A DNA stretch of 64,000 nt from Pseudomonadota bacterium (lineage in GTDB: Bacteria > Pseudomonadota > Alphaproteobacteria > GCA-2731375), in contig JAQBYC010000004.1 of assembly GCA_027623205.1 (NCBI GenBank), positions 5,810 to 69,809 of the forward strand. Direction: 5' to 3'. The position numbers and the translations under genes are program-made. Shown here one piece after another: positions 9,647 to 19,381 of this stretch. The notes under the pieces were generated by a model, which searched no databases, was not told the origin of the DNA, and worked only from the letters and a program-made list of their open reading frames with translations. Position 1 is the stretch's first letter; every line of letters starts with the position of its first letter.

Positions 9647-10036
9647 TTAGCCCCCTAACAGCATTTTGAGCACCGCCAGCGTCGCTGCCAGGGCCAGGAA
9701 TATGGAAATAAGGTTGTTCAGGATCAGGCAGCCAATCTTGCGCCACTCGCCATGCACATAATCCTCGATCACCACCTGCAGGCCCAGTTTCATATGCCAG
9801 AACCCCGCGAGCAGAAAACTCAGCATCAGCACCGCACTTAGAGGCGCGCGCATCCAGGCCAGCACCGCCGGCAAATCAGCCGTCGCCAATGAGGCGATGG
9901 ACAATGCGAACCAGATGGTCAGCGGCACCAGGGCAATGGCGGTCAGCCGTTGCAGCCAGAAATGATGGGTGCCCCCCTTGGCGGAGCCAAGCCCACGCAC
10001 CCGCGCCAAAGGCGTTCTTAAGCTACCCGCGCGCAT
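9647..10036 (-). CDS. sdhD: Succinate dehydrogenase membrane anchor subunit.
   Basis: 129 aa with 3 TM segments. Sits between sdhC and sdh[17 protein letters not shown] matches the SdhD motif. Confidence 0.85.
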   Translation of the reverse strand: MRAGSLRTPLARVRGLGSAKGGTHHFWLQRLTAIALVPLTIWFALSIASLATADLPAVLAWMRAPLSAVLMLSFLLAGFWHMKLGLQVVIEDYVHGEWRKIGCLILNNLISIFLALAATLAVLKMLLGG

Positions 10037-10039
10037 CCT

Positions 10040-10426
10040 CTATGCCCCCCCGTAACCGATCAGGAACGTCCCCAGGGTCAAGACCACGGCGGCCGCCAGT
10101 ACCAGCCAACCGGATTTCTGCATGGCCCCTATTTCAAAGCCATAGCCGGCATCCCAAACCAAATGACGAATGCCGTTGCACAGATGAAAATATAGCGACA
10201 AAGTGAAGCCGAACAGCAGGACACGGCCAATTTCCGAGCCCATGACAGCATGCACATAATTGAAATAGTCCTCACCGCCGGCCGCTGCGACCAGCCACCA
10301 GGTCAGCAGCAGCAGCCCCAGGGCCAGCCCCACGCCGGTGATCCGGTGCAGGATCGACAGCGCCATGGTGATCTGCCAGCGGTAGACCTGCAGATGTGGT
10401 GAAAGCGGTCGGTTTCCAGCTGCCAT
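10040..10426 (-). CDS. sdhC: Succinate dehydrogenase cytochrome b556 subunit.
   Basis: RPLSPHLQVYRWQITMALSILHRITG is the SdhC signature. ATG at 10424-10426 is preceded by GGAGGA. The ORF track start at 10507 is less likely. Confidence 0.9.
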   Translation of the reverse strand: MAAGNRPLSPHLQVYRWQITMALSILHRITGVGLALGLLLLTWWLVAAAGGEDYFNYVHAVMGSEIGRVLLFGFTLSLYFHLCNGIRHLVWDAGYGFEIGAMQKSGWLVLAAAVVLTLGTFLIGYGGA

Positions 10427-10640
10427 TTTTGCGTTCCTCCGTGGTCCCGGTCCCGTGGTCCCGACCCAGCGATTACGATCTAGTGAATTGCCCGCCATAC
10501 TAGCCAACCGCCCGCCCCTGTCAAAGGTTGCGGCGATGAAAATGTCAGGAAAGTACGGGAAAAATGCGCCAAATTGTTGTTTGGCGGCGATGCCGGTTCA
10601 TGCTTGAGTCGCGGCAAGGAATTAATCAGGGAATTGTACG

Positions 10641-11993
10641 ATGAATCTAGCAAGATTATTGGCGGCGCGGGCCGAGGCGGGTAACCCGGTGCGTGTGGGT
10701 CTGATCGGGGCGGGCAAGTTCGGCTCCATGTTCCTGGCCCAGGCGCGGCTGACCACCGGCATACATCTAATGGGCATCGCCGATTTGAACGTCGAACAGG
10801 CAGCCAAAAACTGCCGTCAGGTCGGCTGGTCCGAGGCACAGATCGCCGCCGCCTCCCTGGATGATGCCATGCAAAGCGGGGCCACCCATATCGGCGATGA
10901 CGCCATGGCCCTGATCGCCCATCCCGGTCTGGAGGTGCTGATCGACGCCACCGGCGACCCTCGCGTCGGCATTCGCCACTGCCTGGCCGCCATCGACAAC
11001 GGCAAACACGTCATCATGGTGAATGTCGAGGCGGATGTGGTCGCCGGTCCCCTGCTGGCGCGCCGGGCGGCACAGGCCGGCGTGGTCTATAGCCTGGCCT
11101 GGGGGGACCAGCCGGCCCTGATCGCGGAACATGTGGATTGGGCCCGGGCCTGCGGCTTCCGGGTCGTCTGCGCCGGCAAGGGTACCCGCTATCTACCCGC
11201 CTATCATGGCCTGACCCCCGACACGGTCCCGGAAGTCCTGGCGCAATACCTTGAGATCGATCCCGGCTCCATCAATCTCAAAATGTTCAATTCCTTTCTG
11301 GACGGCACCAAGTCCGGCATCGAGATGACGGCGGTCTGCAATGCCACCGGCCTGACACCCCAGGACGGCGGTCTCGCCTTTCCGCCCGCCAGCCGCTTTG
11401 AGTTGGCGGACGTCTGCAAGCCGGCCGCGAATGGCGGCAGCCTCAGCCGCGACGGCACGACAGAGGTGGTCTCCTCGCTATACCGCGACGGCACCGGCGT
11501 GCCGCACCATCTGGCCATGGGCACCTATGTGGTGATCGAGGGCGAGACCGACTATGCCCGCCAGTGCTTCCGCGAATATCACATGCTGGCGGATCGCAGC
11601 GGTCAATTCGCCGCCCTGTACCGCCCCATCCACATGATCGGCCTGGAACTGGGAATTTCCGTCGCCTCCGTCGCCCTGCGGGGCGAACCAACCGGCGCGC
11701 CGATCGCCTTCCGTTCCGACGTGGTGGCGGTGGCCAAGCGGCCCCTGAAAAAGGGCGAAATGCTGGATGGCGAGGGCGGCTATATGGTCTGGGGCAAACA
11801 GCTGCCGGCACCCCAATCCCTGGCCATGGGCGGCCTGCCCCTGGGTCTGGCCGGCGGTGTGCCCCTGACCCGCGACATAGCAGAGGGTGCCTTATTGACC
11901 TGGGATGATGCCGCCATCGACCAAACCGACCAAGCCGTTATCGTGCGCCGCGAAATGGAAGCCGCCTTCGGCCGCGCCAACGCCGCGGAATAG
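10641..11993 (+). CDS. NAD(P)-binding, homoserine-dehydrogenase-like oxidoreductase with a C-terminal SAF-like domain (COG4091-type).
   Basis: N-terminal Rossmann motif VGLIGAGKFG, 450 aa. The family assignment is from overall resemblance only. Confidence 0.55.
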   Translation: MNLARLLAARAEAGNPVRVGLIGAGKFGSMFLAQARLTTGIHLMGIADLNVEQAAKNCRQVGWSEAQIAAASLDDAMQSGATHIGDDAMALIAHPGLEVLIDATGDPRVGIRHCLAAIDNGKHVIMVNVEADVVAGPLLARRAAQAGVVYSLAWGDQPALIAEHVDWARACGFRVVCAGKGTRYLPAYHGLTPDTVPEVLAQYLEIDPGSINLKMFNSFLDGTKSGIEMTAVCNATGLTPQDGGLAFPPASRFELADVCKPAANGGSLSRDGTTEVVSSLYRDGTGVPHHLAMGTYVVIEGETDYARQCFREYHMLADRSGQFAALYRPIHMIGLELGISVASVALRGEPTGAPIAFRSDVVAVAKRPLKKGEMLDGEGGYMVWGKQLPAPQSLAMGGLPLGLAGGVPLTRDIAEGALLTWDDAAIDQTDQAVIVRREMEAAFGRANAAE

Positions 11994-12168
11994 GCGATCA
12001 TGGCGAAAATGTTCTGGTTAAGTTGATGTTTTATTGTAGTGATTCGGCCTGTCGGCTCGTGCGATTAAGGCATTCGTATAGGCCGGTAGCGTAAATAGAT
12101 CACCTTTCAATTCGATATTGGCTTCTGTTATAACGGCCGTAGTCGATCGTGATCAGGAAGCCGGCATC

Positions 12169-13080
12169 ATGCACCAACGAATGCTGAAGAATGCTATCGG
12201 CTTTCTGGTATTGGCTAGCGGTCTCGGGTGGCTAATTCGCAATATCGCAGCGCGGGGAAAAGTATCAATTCTCGTATATCACGATCCCAAGCCGGAAGTA
12301 TTGCATCGACATCTTCAGCATTTGAACCGCGCCTACAACATCATCCCTCCCTCTCGATATTTCGAGGCCCTGAAGGCAAAGGATTTTTCGACACTGCCAC
12401 CACGCAGCCTTGTTATGACGTTCGACGACGGTCACGTGGGGAATGCCGCGCTGGTGCAGGTGATGCACGCACATGGTGTAAAAGGTTTGATCTACTTATG
12501 CAGCCACATCGTTGACACGCAGCGGGGATTTTGGTGGCAAAGCGCCGCGGCCAAAAATCTTGGTATTTCGGAATTGAAAAAGCTGACCGACGCTGATCGG
12601 TTGGCAAAGCTGGCTGAATACGGATTTGAACGCGATGCGGACCAGGGAACGGCCGCAGCCGTAAGCCTATCCCAGATCAAGTCACTTTCCCAGGTGTTCG
12701 AGTTTGGCTCTCACACTTGCTACCATCCGATATTGACGCAATGCAATGACGCCGCATGCGATGAGGAAATAGCTGCATCAAAAAGGAAATTGGAAAGCTT
12801 GCTGAACCAACCCGTGCTGCATTTTGCGTTTCCAAACGGCAACTATGGCCAACGGGAAATCGCAATGATCAAGGCAGCGGGATATGAAACGGCGCGGACC
12901 ATAGATGTGGGCTGGAACGGCGCCTTGACTGATCCTTTCCACCTGAAGGTATTGGAGGCTGCTGACGACGCGACGGTATGGTGGTTGCGCGCCCAGTTGA
13001 CCGGCGCTACGACCTTGTTCAAAAACGCGGTACGTTACCGACGGATTTCGTTGGCTCTGCAGCAAGGGGATAATGCGTGA
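12169..13080 (+). CDS. Polysaccharide deacetylase (NodB-homology domain) with an N-terminal TM anchor.
   Basis: LVMTFDDGHVGN (the TFDD motif), FGSHTCYHP and HFAFPNGNYG. N-terminal hydrophobic segment AIGFLVLASGLGWL. ATG at 12169 with AGGAAG upstream. The ORF track uses TTG at 12118. Confidence 0.8.
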   Translation: MHQRMLKNAIGFLVLASGLGWLIRNIAARGKVSILVYHDPKPEVLHRHLQHLNRAYNIIPPSRYFEALKAKDFSTLPPRSLVMTFDDGHVGNAALVQVMHAHGVKGLIYLCSHIVDTQRGFWWQSAAAKNLGISELKKLTDADRLAKLAEYGFERDADQGTAAAVSLSQIKSLSQVFEFGSHTCYHPILTQCNDAACDEEIAASKRKLESLLNQPVLHFAFPNGNYGQREIAMIKAAGYETARTIDVGWNGALTDPFHLKVLEAADDATVWWLRAQLTGATTLFKNAVRYRRISLALQQGDNA

Positions 13081-13379
13081 CCCATGAATTCGGACAGTTT
13101 GATCCAGAGTGCGATATCCCGACCTTCCTCTGGTGGAGTTGGGTGGGCAGGGACCCTGATTGCAGTCGGGAATTTCCTTGGCGGGAAATGGGGATATCCG
13201 TATGTCAGACCGAATGCCCCTGATTGATCTTGCCGTCGGCACAGCGGGCAAAATGACCGGCACAATCACCTTTTTCCAGCGCATCAGTGGCATAGCGGCG
13301 GTAAATTGCATACATTTGATGGTCAGCTGGGTTTTGGTTTTCCGGATGCTGCCGAATTTTTGGATCAAGAGGGTGACAT

Positions 13380-13628
13380 ATGCGAAACAAGATAATCGGC
13401 GCGTTTGAAGCTTCCTGGCGTGAGCAAAAAGAAACGGAGCCTCCCCTCTTGACCGACGATACGGTACTCCTCGATACGGGCCTCGACAGTCTTGGTTTCG
13501 CAATCATTATCACGCGGCTCGAAGAAGAGCTTGGCTACGATCCATTTTCCCTTGCTGAAGACGCGTTCTACCCCCAAACCTTTCGCGAATTCGTCGACTT
13601 CTACGAGACCCACAGACCGGCCCAATGA
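13380..13628 (+). CDS. Acyl/peptidyl carrier protein.
   Basis: 82 aa with the GLDSLG phosphopantetheine-attachment motif followed by an acidic helical region. Confidence 0.8.
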   Translation: MRNKIIGAFEASWREQKETEPPLLTDDTVLLDTGLDSLGFAIIITRLEEELGYDPFSLAEDAFYPQTFREFVDFYETHRPAQ

Positions 13629-14962
13629 CCACCTTGCAAAAGCGAATCCGTGCGCGGCCTGGCCTGGAACCGGTTCTGACAACCGGACGAATGGATCTTT
13701 CGAGGGCCGCAATACTGGCTCTGCTCCCGACGCTCGGACCGTCATCAAGGTTGGCGCTCACCATCCGCGAGCCTGGGGCCCTTCTCAAGGTCCTGGCGGC
13801 CTACGACGGCCGCAGTGACGCGCTGTTAATCTTGTCCGGAGAATTGGCGCCGGACGATGCGCAGGCGCTCGCCGCGGATGCCGAAGCCACCGCGGTCGTG
13901 TCCGATCGGCCGGAGATCCCCGGCGCGCTCAGCCCCGACAGCGTATTGTCGGAAGGCAGCGCCGACCAAGATGCCGTGACGCGGCAGGACATGGAGACCA
14001 GGTGGATCATGACCACGTCTGGCACGACAGGGCGTCCCAAGATGGTCAATCATACCCTGGCGGGACTTGCCCGCACCGTCCGCCCGACCCGGCCGGACGG
14101 CCTGGCACCGGTCTGGGGGCTCACCTATGCGCCAACCTGTTTTGCAGGGCTTCAGGTCGTGCTGCAAGCCGTGCTTGGCGGCGGTAGGCTGGTTGCGCCG
14201 CCGCTCTCGGCTCCGATCGGGGATCGCCTGGCCGGTTTCGCGGCGGCCAAGGTCACTCATCTTTCGGCGACACCGACGCTCTGGCGGCACATGCTCATGC
14301 ACCCGTCTTCCGCGAAACTACCGCTTCGCCAGATCACGCTTGGCGGTGAAATCGTCGACCAGGCCTTGCTCGATACGCTTCGCGCGCGCTTTCCCAACGC
14401 GAAGCTGACCCATATCTATGCCTCGACCGAGACGGGAGTCGGCTTTTCCGTCAAGGACGGGTTAGAGGGGTTCCCGGCGAGCTGGCTCAACGATGCCCCA
14501 GACGGAATTGCACTTAGGATCACCGGCGACACGCTCTGGATCCGGGTGCGCGGCACGCCCAGCGAATATCTGGGTCCGATGCGTCTGACCCGCGATGCCG
14601 ACGGTTTCGTCGACACCCTGGATCGGGTTGGCCGCCAGGCGGATCGGGTTGTTTTTCTCGGTCGCGATACGGGTGTCGTGAATGTGGGTGGCGTGAAGGT
14701 GTATCCAGAAACCGTCGAACGGGTTTTGAATGCCTCGCCGGCGGTCGCTGCCTGCCGCGTCATTGCACGCAAGAACCCGATCAGCGGCGAAATTCTGGTG
14801 GCTGAGGTCGTCCCGATGCAGACCCCCGAGAACCCCGATACCTTCAAAGCCGAATTGATCAAGTATTGCCGCACCTGCCTTCCGCCCGCCGCCGTCCCGG
14901 CGCTGGTGAGGCTGGCGGACCGGCTGGACGTCAATTCCGCTGGAAAGCTGAGCCGGAGCTAG
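13625..14962 (+). CDS. AMP-dependent synthetase/ligase (adenylate-forming enzyme), probably loading the adjacent carrier protein.
   Basis: TTSGTTGRPKMVNHT (A3 core), YASTETG, GRDTGVVNVGGVKVYP and a terminal SAGKLSR. Its start overlaps the ACP stop (ATGA at 13625-13628). Confidence 0.85.
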   Translation: MTTLQKRIRARPGLEPVLTTGRMDLSRAAILALLPTLGPSSRLALTIREPGALLKVLAAYDGRSDALLILSGELAPDDAQALAADAEATAVVSDRPEIPGALSPDSVLSEGSADQDAVTRQDMETRWIMTTSGTTGRPKMVNHTLAGLARTVRPTRPDGLAPVWGLTYAPTCFAGLQVVLQAVLGGGRLVAPPLSAPIGDRLAGFAAAKVTHLSATPTLWRHMLMHPSSAKLPLRQITLGGEIVDQALLDTLRARFPNAKLTHIYASTETGVGFSVKDGLEGFPASWLNDAPDGIALRITGDTLWIRVRGTPSEYLGPMRLTRDADGFVDTLDRVGRQADRVVFLGRDTGVVNVGGVKVYPETVERVLNASPAVAACRVIARKNPISGEILVAEVVPMQTPENPDTFKAELIKYCRTCLPPAAVPALVRLADRLDVNSAGKLSRS

Positions 14963-14966
14963 AGAG

Positions 14967-15686
14967 ATGGGCACCATTTTCGTCACGGGTGTTTCGAGGG
15001 GACTCGGTCTGGCGATCGCGGGCCGTCTCATCGATGATGGGCACATGGTCATCGGCCTGGGCCGCGGCCTTTCCGAAGGCTACCAGGCATTGATGCACCA
15101 GCATCCCGGCGCAGCGGTTTTCGAGACCCTTGATATCGCGGATATCAAGGCGATCCCGGAACGGGCGCGGCTGCTCATCGCCGCCCACAAGCCGGTTTTC
15201 GGGCTGGTCAACAACGCCGGTATCGGCCTCGACGGTGTGCTGGCGACCCAACATCAGAGCGATATCGATCGTGTCATCGCAACAAATCTGGTTGGCCCAA
15301 TCGCGCTGACGAAATACGTCTCACGCTCCATGCTCGCACGGGGCGAAGGGAGGATCGTCAATATTTCGTCGATTATCGCCTCGACCGGTTTCCATGGCCT
15401 TTCGGTCTACGCCGCCAGCAAGGCGGGCCTCGAAGGCTTTACGCGTTCGCTGTCCCGCGAGCTTGGTAAAATGAAGATAACCGTCAACTGCGTGGCCCCG
15501 GGCTATATGGAAACCGAAATGACCAGCGGTCTGGTAGGCGAAAAGCTGGAATCGGTTCGCCGTCGCGCGCCCCTGGGACTGCCGCGGCCCGAGGAAGTGG
15601 CGGCGGCGGTCTCCTATCTCCTTGGACCCGACGCGGCCCGCGTCACGGGTACGGTCATGACCGTGGACGGGGGCAGCACGGCGTGA
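14967..15686 (+). CDS. SDR oxidoreductase resembling 3-oxoacyl-ACP reductase.
   Basis: TGVSRGLG, NNAG and YAASKAGL (YxxxK), 239 aa. Starts 4 nt after the ligase stop. Confidence 0.85.
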   Translation: MGTIFVTGVSRGLGLAIAGRLIDDGHMVIGLGRGLSEGYQALMHQHPGAAVFETLDIADIKAIPERARLLIAAHKPVFGLVNNAGIGLDGVLATQHQSDIDRVIATNLVGPIALTKYVSRSMLARGEGRIVNISSIIASTGFHGLSVYAASKAGLEGFTRSLSRELGKMKITVNCVAPGYMETEMTSGLVGEKLESVRRRAPLGLPRPEEVAAAVSYLLGPDAARVTGTVMTVDGGSTA

Positions 15687-16522
15687 GCGAGGTTCATGTT
15701 CGCGAGATCGCGGATACGGATATAGCCGAGGTATGCGCGCTGCTCGCCGAAGGTCTCAGACCTTCGAATGAATTTTGGCGGAACGCGGTCCATATGCTTA
15801 GCCGCCGCCCGGTAGTTGAGGGCTATGCCCGGTACGGCTTCTGTCTTGATGTCGACGGCCGTCTCGAGGGCGTCCTTCTGCTGTTGACCGCACGAGTCGA
15901 CGGTATCATCCGCAGCAACCTGTCCAGCTGGTACGTGCGCGAGCCGCACCGCAAGTTCGCCTCCTTCCTGTATCAGCGAACCATACGGACCAAGGGTTCC
16001 GTTTATCTCAACCTCTCGCCATCCCCGGCTGCCCTGCCGATCGCGAAAGCCTTCGGATTCAAGCCCTACACCGGCGGGATGCTGCTCCTCGACGCCCGTT
16101 CCGCTCTAAAAATGGGTGACGCGAGCGTGCGTCCCCTCACGCAGGATTTGGTCGGCGGGCTCGACGTTGCAACCCGCGGCATGGTGGAAGCCCATCTTGG
16201 CTACGGTTGCACGGGACTTCTGCTGCACGACGCCGCGGGCCCAATGGTTGCGCTCTACCGGATCAGGCGGCTGAAGCGCCTGATCCCGGCCGCCCGCTTC
16301 GTCGCGGGCGATTCCGCGCGGCTCGCCAAAGCGTCAGGCGCCCTGATGCGGGCCGTTCTCCGGCGCGGACTGCCGCTTTGTATCATTGATGCCCCCGTGG
16401 ACTATCCGCCGGCGCCGGGCGCATTCCTGTTTCCCGGGCGCGAGATGCGCTATGCCAAGGGCGGAACCCCGCCAGGTCCCGGCGATCTCCGTGAAACCGA
16501 ACTGGCGCTTTTCGATTTTTGA
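15683..16522 (+). CDS. Hypothetical protein, possibly a GNAT-like acyltransferase.
   Basis: GTG start overlaps the SDR stop (GTGA). The N-terminus (VREIADTDIAEVCALLAEGL...GFCLDVDGRLEGVLLL) resembles a GNAT fold. No unambiguous motif. Confidence 0.4.
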   Translation: MSEVHVREIADTDIAEVCALLAEGLRPSNEFWRNAVHMLSRRPVVEGYARYGFCLDVDGRLEGVLLLLTARVDGIIRSNLSSWYVREPHRKFASFLYQRTIRTKGSVYLNLSPSPAALPIAKAFGFKPYTGGMLLLDARSALKMGDASVRPLTQDLVGGLDVATRGMVEAHLGYGCTGLLLHDAAGPMVALYRIRRLKRLIPAARFVAGDSARLAKASGALMRAVLRRGLPLCIIDAPVDYPPAPGAFLFPGREMRYAKGGTPPGPGDLRETELALFDF

Positions 16523-16583
16523 AGGTGAGCGTCAAACAGGCGCGTCAGGCCATGGGCCTCGCCGCCAGCAATGGTTTTTCAAT

Positions 16584-17092
16584 CTACTGAGCAGCCTTAT
16601 AGCTGAGCTTGATTTCGCATTCTCTGGCGCCGCTGACGGTCAGCAGGATTGGGCCGGTGGGGCTTTCGGATGGTGAAAGGGCAACCTTGACGCTATGGAC
16701 ACCGTTAGAACCAGTCGTTTCCTTCCAATCCACAGACGCGTCCTCAAGACCCCCAGTCTGAGTCTCTTCGGCGAACCAACGAAGTTCTTGGCCATGTTTC
16801 GCTTCGAATGAGACGGTGGAAAATTGGTTACTCGTATAGCTCGCCGCCTCTATGGACAGTTTCAGGCTGCCATAGCCCCTGCCTGTTGCCCGGACGACGG
16901 CAGCTTGGCCAGTTCTTCCTCAGGTATTTTTTTCCTTGTTTCTTCGAACTCCGTATCACCGATAAAGCCGTCAGCCTTCATTTTCTCAGGTTCCCTGAGC
17001 CGGCGGGATGCCCTGTTTTGCGGTAAACTCAGCGCCGTCATTGGAACGATGATGGCGCATTGCTTGAAGCGGCTAACCCTATCAATCGCCAC
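16584..17092 (-). pseudogene. Frame-disrupted ORF of unknown function: a 5' part in one frame and a 111-codon open 3' part in another frame with no usable start codon.
   Basis: Frame A (16862-17092) ends ...EEELAKLPSSGQQAGAMAA*. A second frame is open from 16919 to the TAG at 16584-16586 (GSLKLSIEAASYTSNQFSTVSFEAKHGQELRWFAEE...ECEIKLSYKAAQ). It has no ATG at all, and its only GTG comes too late to explain the long open frame. Confidence 0.4.
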
Positions 17093-17191
17093 CCGGTCGC
17101 CTGTTCCGCCAGACCTCTCGCGCGCCGCTATACATCTGCTGCGACGAAGGTATATTTACGAAACCCGGCGCAATTCGAGGGAGGATAGGCA

Positions 17192-17860
17192 ATGGCAGGC
17201 GCGATGATGGCGGCGTGGCTGGATATCACGCCGGAGGTGGAGGACGAGTTCGCCGATTGGTACTTCCGCGAACACGTACCGGAGCGGGTGAGCTTGCCGG
17301 GATTCCTATCGGGCCGGCGCTACACGGCGCCCGATGGCGGGCCAAACAAGTATCTGGCTCTTTACGAGGCCACCGCGAAAGCGGTGTTCGCCAGCGAAGC
17401 CTATCGCGCGCGCCTCGAGGCGCCGACCCCGCGGACCAGCAAGATCATGCCGCAGTTCCGCAATTTCGCGCGTTCGGTGTTCGACGTTCGACTGGAGCTG
17501 GGCAACCAGTATGGCGGCGCCGTCTGCACCATCCGCTATGGCGCCGGCGCCGATCTCGCCGGCTGGCTCGAACGTGATGCCCTGCCGGCGCTGGCCGAAC
17601 GCTCCGGCATCTGCCGGGTTCGGTTGCTGGAAGCCGATGAAGCGCAAAGCAAGCCGCAGACGAGCGAGGCGCGGATGCGCGGCAATGCCGGCGGCAATGC
17701 CTGGGCGCCCTGGACGATCTGCATCGAGAGCATCGGCATGGCCTGGCTGCGCCCGGCGGTCGCCGAATTGCTGCCCGACAGCGCCCTCGCCCAGCGCGGC
17801 GCCACGGAGATCGCGACGGGGTACTATGACTTCGTTTTCGGCATGGAACACCGCGCCTGA
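17192..17860 (+). CDS. Hypothetical protein.
   Basis: 222 aa. Strong SD (GGGAGGA) upstream of the ATG and coding-like composition. No motif I can name. Confidence 0.55.
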   Translation: MAGAMMAAWLDITPEVEDEFADWYFREHVPERVSLPGFLSGRRYTAPDGGPNKYLALYEATAKAVFASEAYRARLEAPTPRTSKIMPQFRNFARSVFDVRLELGNQYGGAVCTIRYGAGADLAGWLERDALPALAERSGICRVRLLEADEAQSKPQTSEARMRGNAGGNAWAPWTICIESIGMAWLRPAVAELLPDSALAQRGATEIATGYYDFVFGMEHRA

Positions 17861-17941
17861 TCCCTGCACAGGATGTCGCGCGAAGTGTTACCCTTGGCTC
17901 GAACTTGGCCGGCCACACTTTGCTAATCTGGAGGAACCATT

Positions 17942-19381
17942 ATGGGCATTGTGCACTATTCAAATGTGGACTGGATCGTTGCCTGGGATGAGAATCAACA
18001 ATCCCACAGCTATCTCAAAGGTGGGGATCTGGTTTTTGACGGCAACCGGATTACCCATATAGGCAAGGCTTATGAGGGGCGTGCCGACCGCGTGCTCAGC
18101 GGTTCGGGTCTGTGCCTGATGCCCGGGTTGGTGGATGTTCATGCGCATCCCGCCGGCGAAATTATGTTCCGGGGCATCCGGGAAGATCACAACGTCCGCG
18201 AGCATTATATGAATGGCCTTTATGAGAGGTCCTGTTCTTATCCCATAGATCCCGAAGATCTTAAGATCGGCGCGGAAGTCTCCTATGCCGACCTGATGTT
18301 GAGCGGCGTGACAACGCTGGTCGATATCGCTTTTCCCTATCCCGGCTGGACTGATGTCATTGAACGGAGCGGCCTGCGCCTTTATGCCGCGCCTGGGTTC
18401 AATACGGCCCGTTGGCATCGCGACAATCTTCATGAGTTGAAATACATTGAGAATGTGGAAGCAGGGCGCAGCGCCTTCGATGCCGCATTGAAAATCGTTG
18501 ACGCAATGGTGGCGCATCCCTCGGGCCGTCTTTCCGGCATGATCTCGCCGTTTCAAATCGACAACAACGATAAGGATATGATGGTCGACAGCCACGCCGC
18601 GGCGCGCGAGCGGGGCCTGCCCTGGACGATCCACGCCGCCCAGGCGGTTCTGGAGCACCACACCATGATCAGGCGCCATGGCATCACGCCGATCCAGTAT
18701 CTCGACGAATTGAAGCTTTTGGGCCCGGGGACGATTGTCGGCCATGCCCTCTTTATCGATCAGCATTCCAGGATCGGCTGGCATACCGATCTGGATTTAG
18801 CTTTGTTAGGCAATAGCGGAACAGCCGTGGCCCACTGCCCGACGCCGTTCATGCGCTATGGCGCCGTTCTGGAGCATTTCGCAAAATACAAGGAGGCTGG
18901 CGTCGTGATGGCGATCGGCACGGACACTATACCGCACAATATGCTGGAAGACCTCCGCTATGCCTCCATTCTCGGCCGCATTGCCGGCCGTGACGGCCAC
19001 CTGGCTTCAACCTCGGATGTTTTCCACGCCGGCACCGTTGGCGGCGCCCGGGCGCTCATGCGCGACGATATCGGCAAACTTGCCGTCGGCGCCAAAGCCG
19101 ACGTCGTGGTGGTGGACACCACCCTTCCCGTCATGGCCCCGTTACGCGACCCGATCGCCAGCCTCATTCACTCGGCCGCGGAACGGGCCGTCAAGGACGT
19201 TTATATCGACGGCGAATTGGTTGTCGAAAACCACCGGGTCCTCACCCTAAACCGTAGCGAGGCCGCCGGGCAGTTGGCGGATTGCCAGGCACGCATGGAA
19301 GCCGGCGTGCCAGGCAAGGATTATCTGGGCCGAAGCAGCCGGGATATCGCACCCCTCATTTTGCCGGAGGCCACTTTCTAA
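17942..19381 (+). CDS. Amidohydrolase-superfamily protein resembling chlorohydrolases/deaminases.
   Basis: LMPGLVDVHAHP metal-binding HxH motif, later HA..., GTD and a C-terminal D. 479 aa. Confidence 0.75.
   Translation: MGIVHYSNVDWIVAWDENQQSHSYLKGGDLVFDGNRITHIGKAYEGRADRVLSGSGLCLMPGLVDVHAHPAGEIMFRGIREDHNVREHYMNGLYERSCSYPIDPEDLKIGAEVSYADLMLSGVTTLVDIAFPYPGWTDVIERSGLRLYAAPGFNTARWHRDNLHELKYIENVEAGRSAFDAALKIVDAMVAHPSGRLSGMISPFQIDNNDKDMMVDSHAAARERGLPWTIHAAQAVLEHHTMIRRHGITPIQYLDELKLLGPGTIVGHALFIDQHSRIGWHTDLDLALLGNSGTAVAHCPTPFMRYGAVLEHFAKYKEAGVVMAIGTDTIPHNMLEDLRYASILGRIAGRDGHLASTSDVFHAGTVGGARALMRDDIGKLAVGAKADVVVVDTTLPVMAPLRDPIASLIHSAAERAVKDVYIDGELVVENHRVLTLNRSEAAGQLADCQARMEAGVPGKDYLGRSSRDIAPLILPEATF

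Noticed and set aside
7769-9658. 629-aa ORF on the plus strand across the sdhA region. Similar long antisense ORFs occur at 2838-3926, 20424-21563, 30654-31490, 32331-33137, 33252-34001, 39983-40897, 44677-45408, 54046-54738 and 55790-56710.
   Set aside because: Each lies exactly antisense to a gene with strong family-specific motifs. Their translations are Arg/Gly/Ala/Pro-rich low-complexity sequence. This is the standard shadow-ORF artefact of high-GC DNA.
12778-13513. Minus-strand ORFs (241 aa and 102 aa) and the plus-strand 82-aa ORF at 13160-13408, in and around the 300-bp gap between the deacetylase and ACP genes.
   Set aside because: They overlap well-supported genes on the opposite strand or in another frame and have no motifs or plausible start context. 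I treat the gap as non-coding.
17192-17860. Possible internal duplication (two halves of about 100 aa) in the 222-aa hypothetical protein.
   Set aside because: The similarity between the halves is only a loose pattern by eye. I cannot support it without an alignment score or structure prediction.
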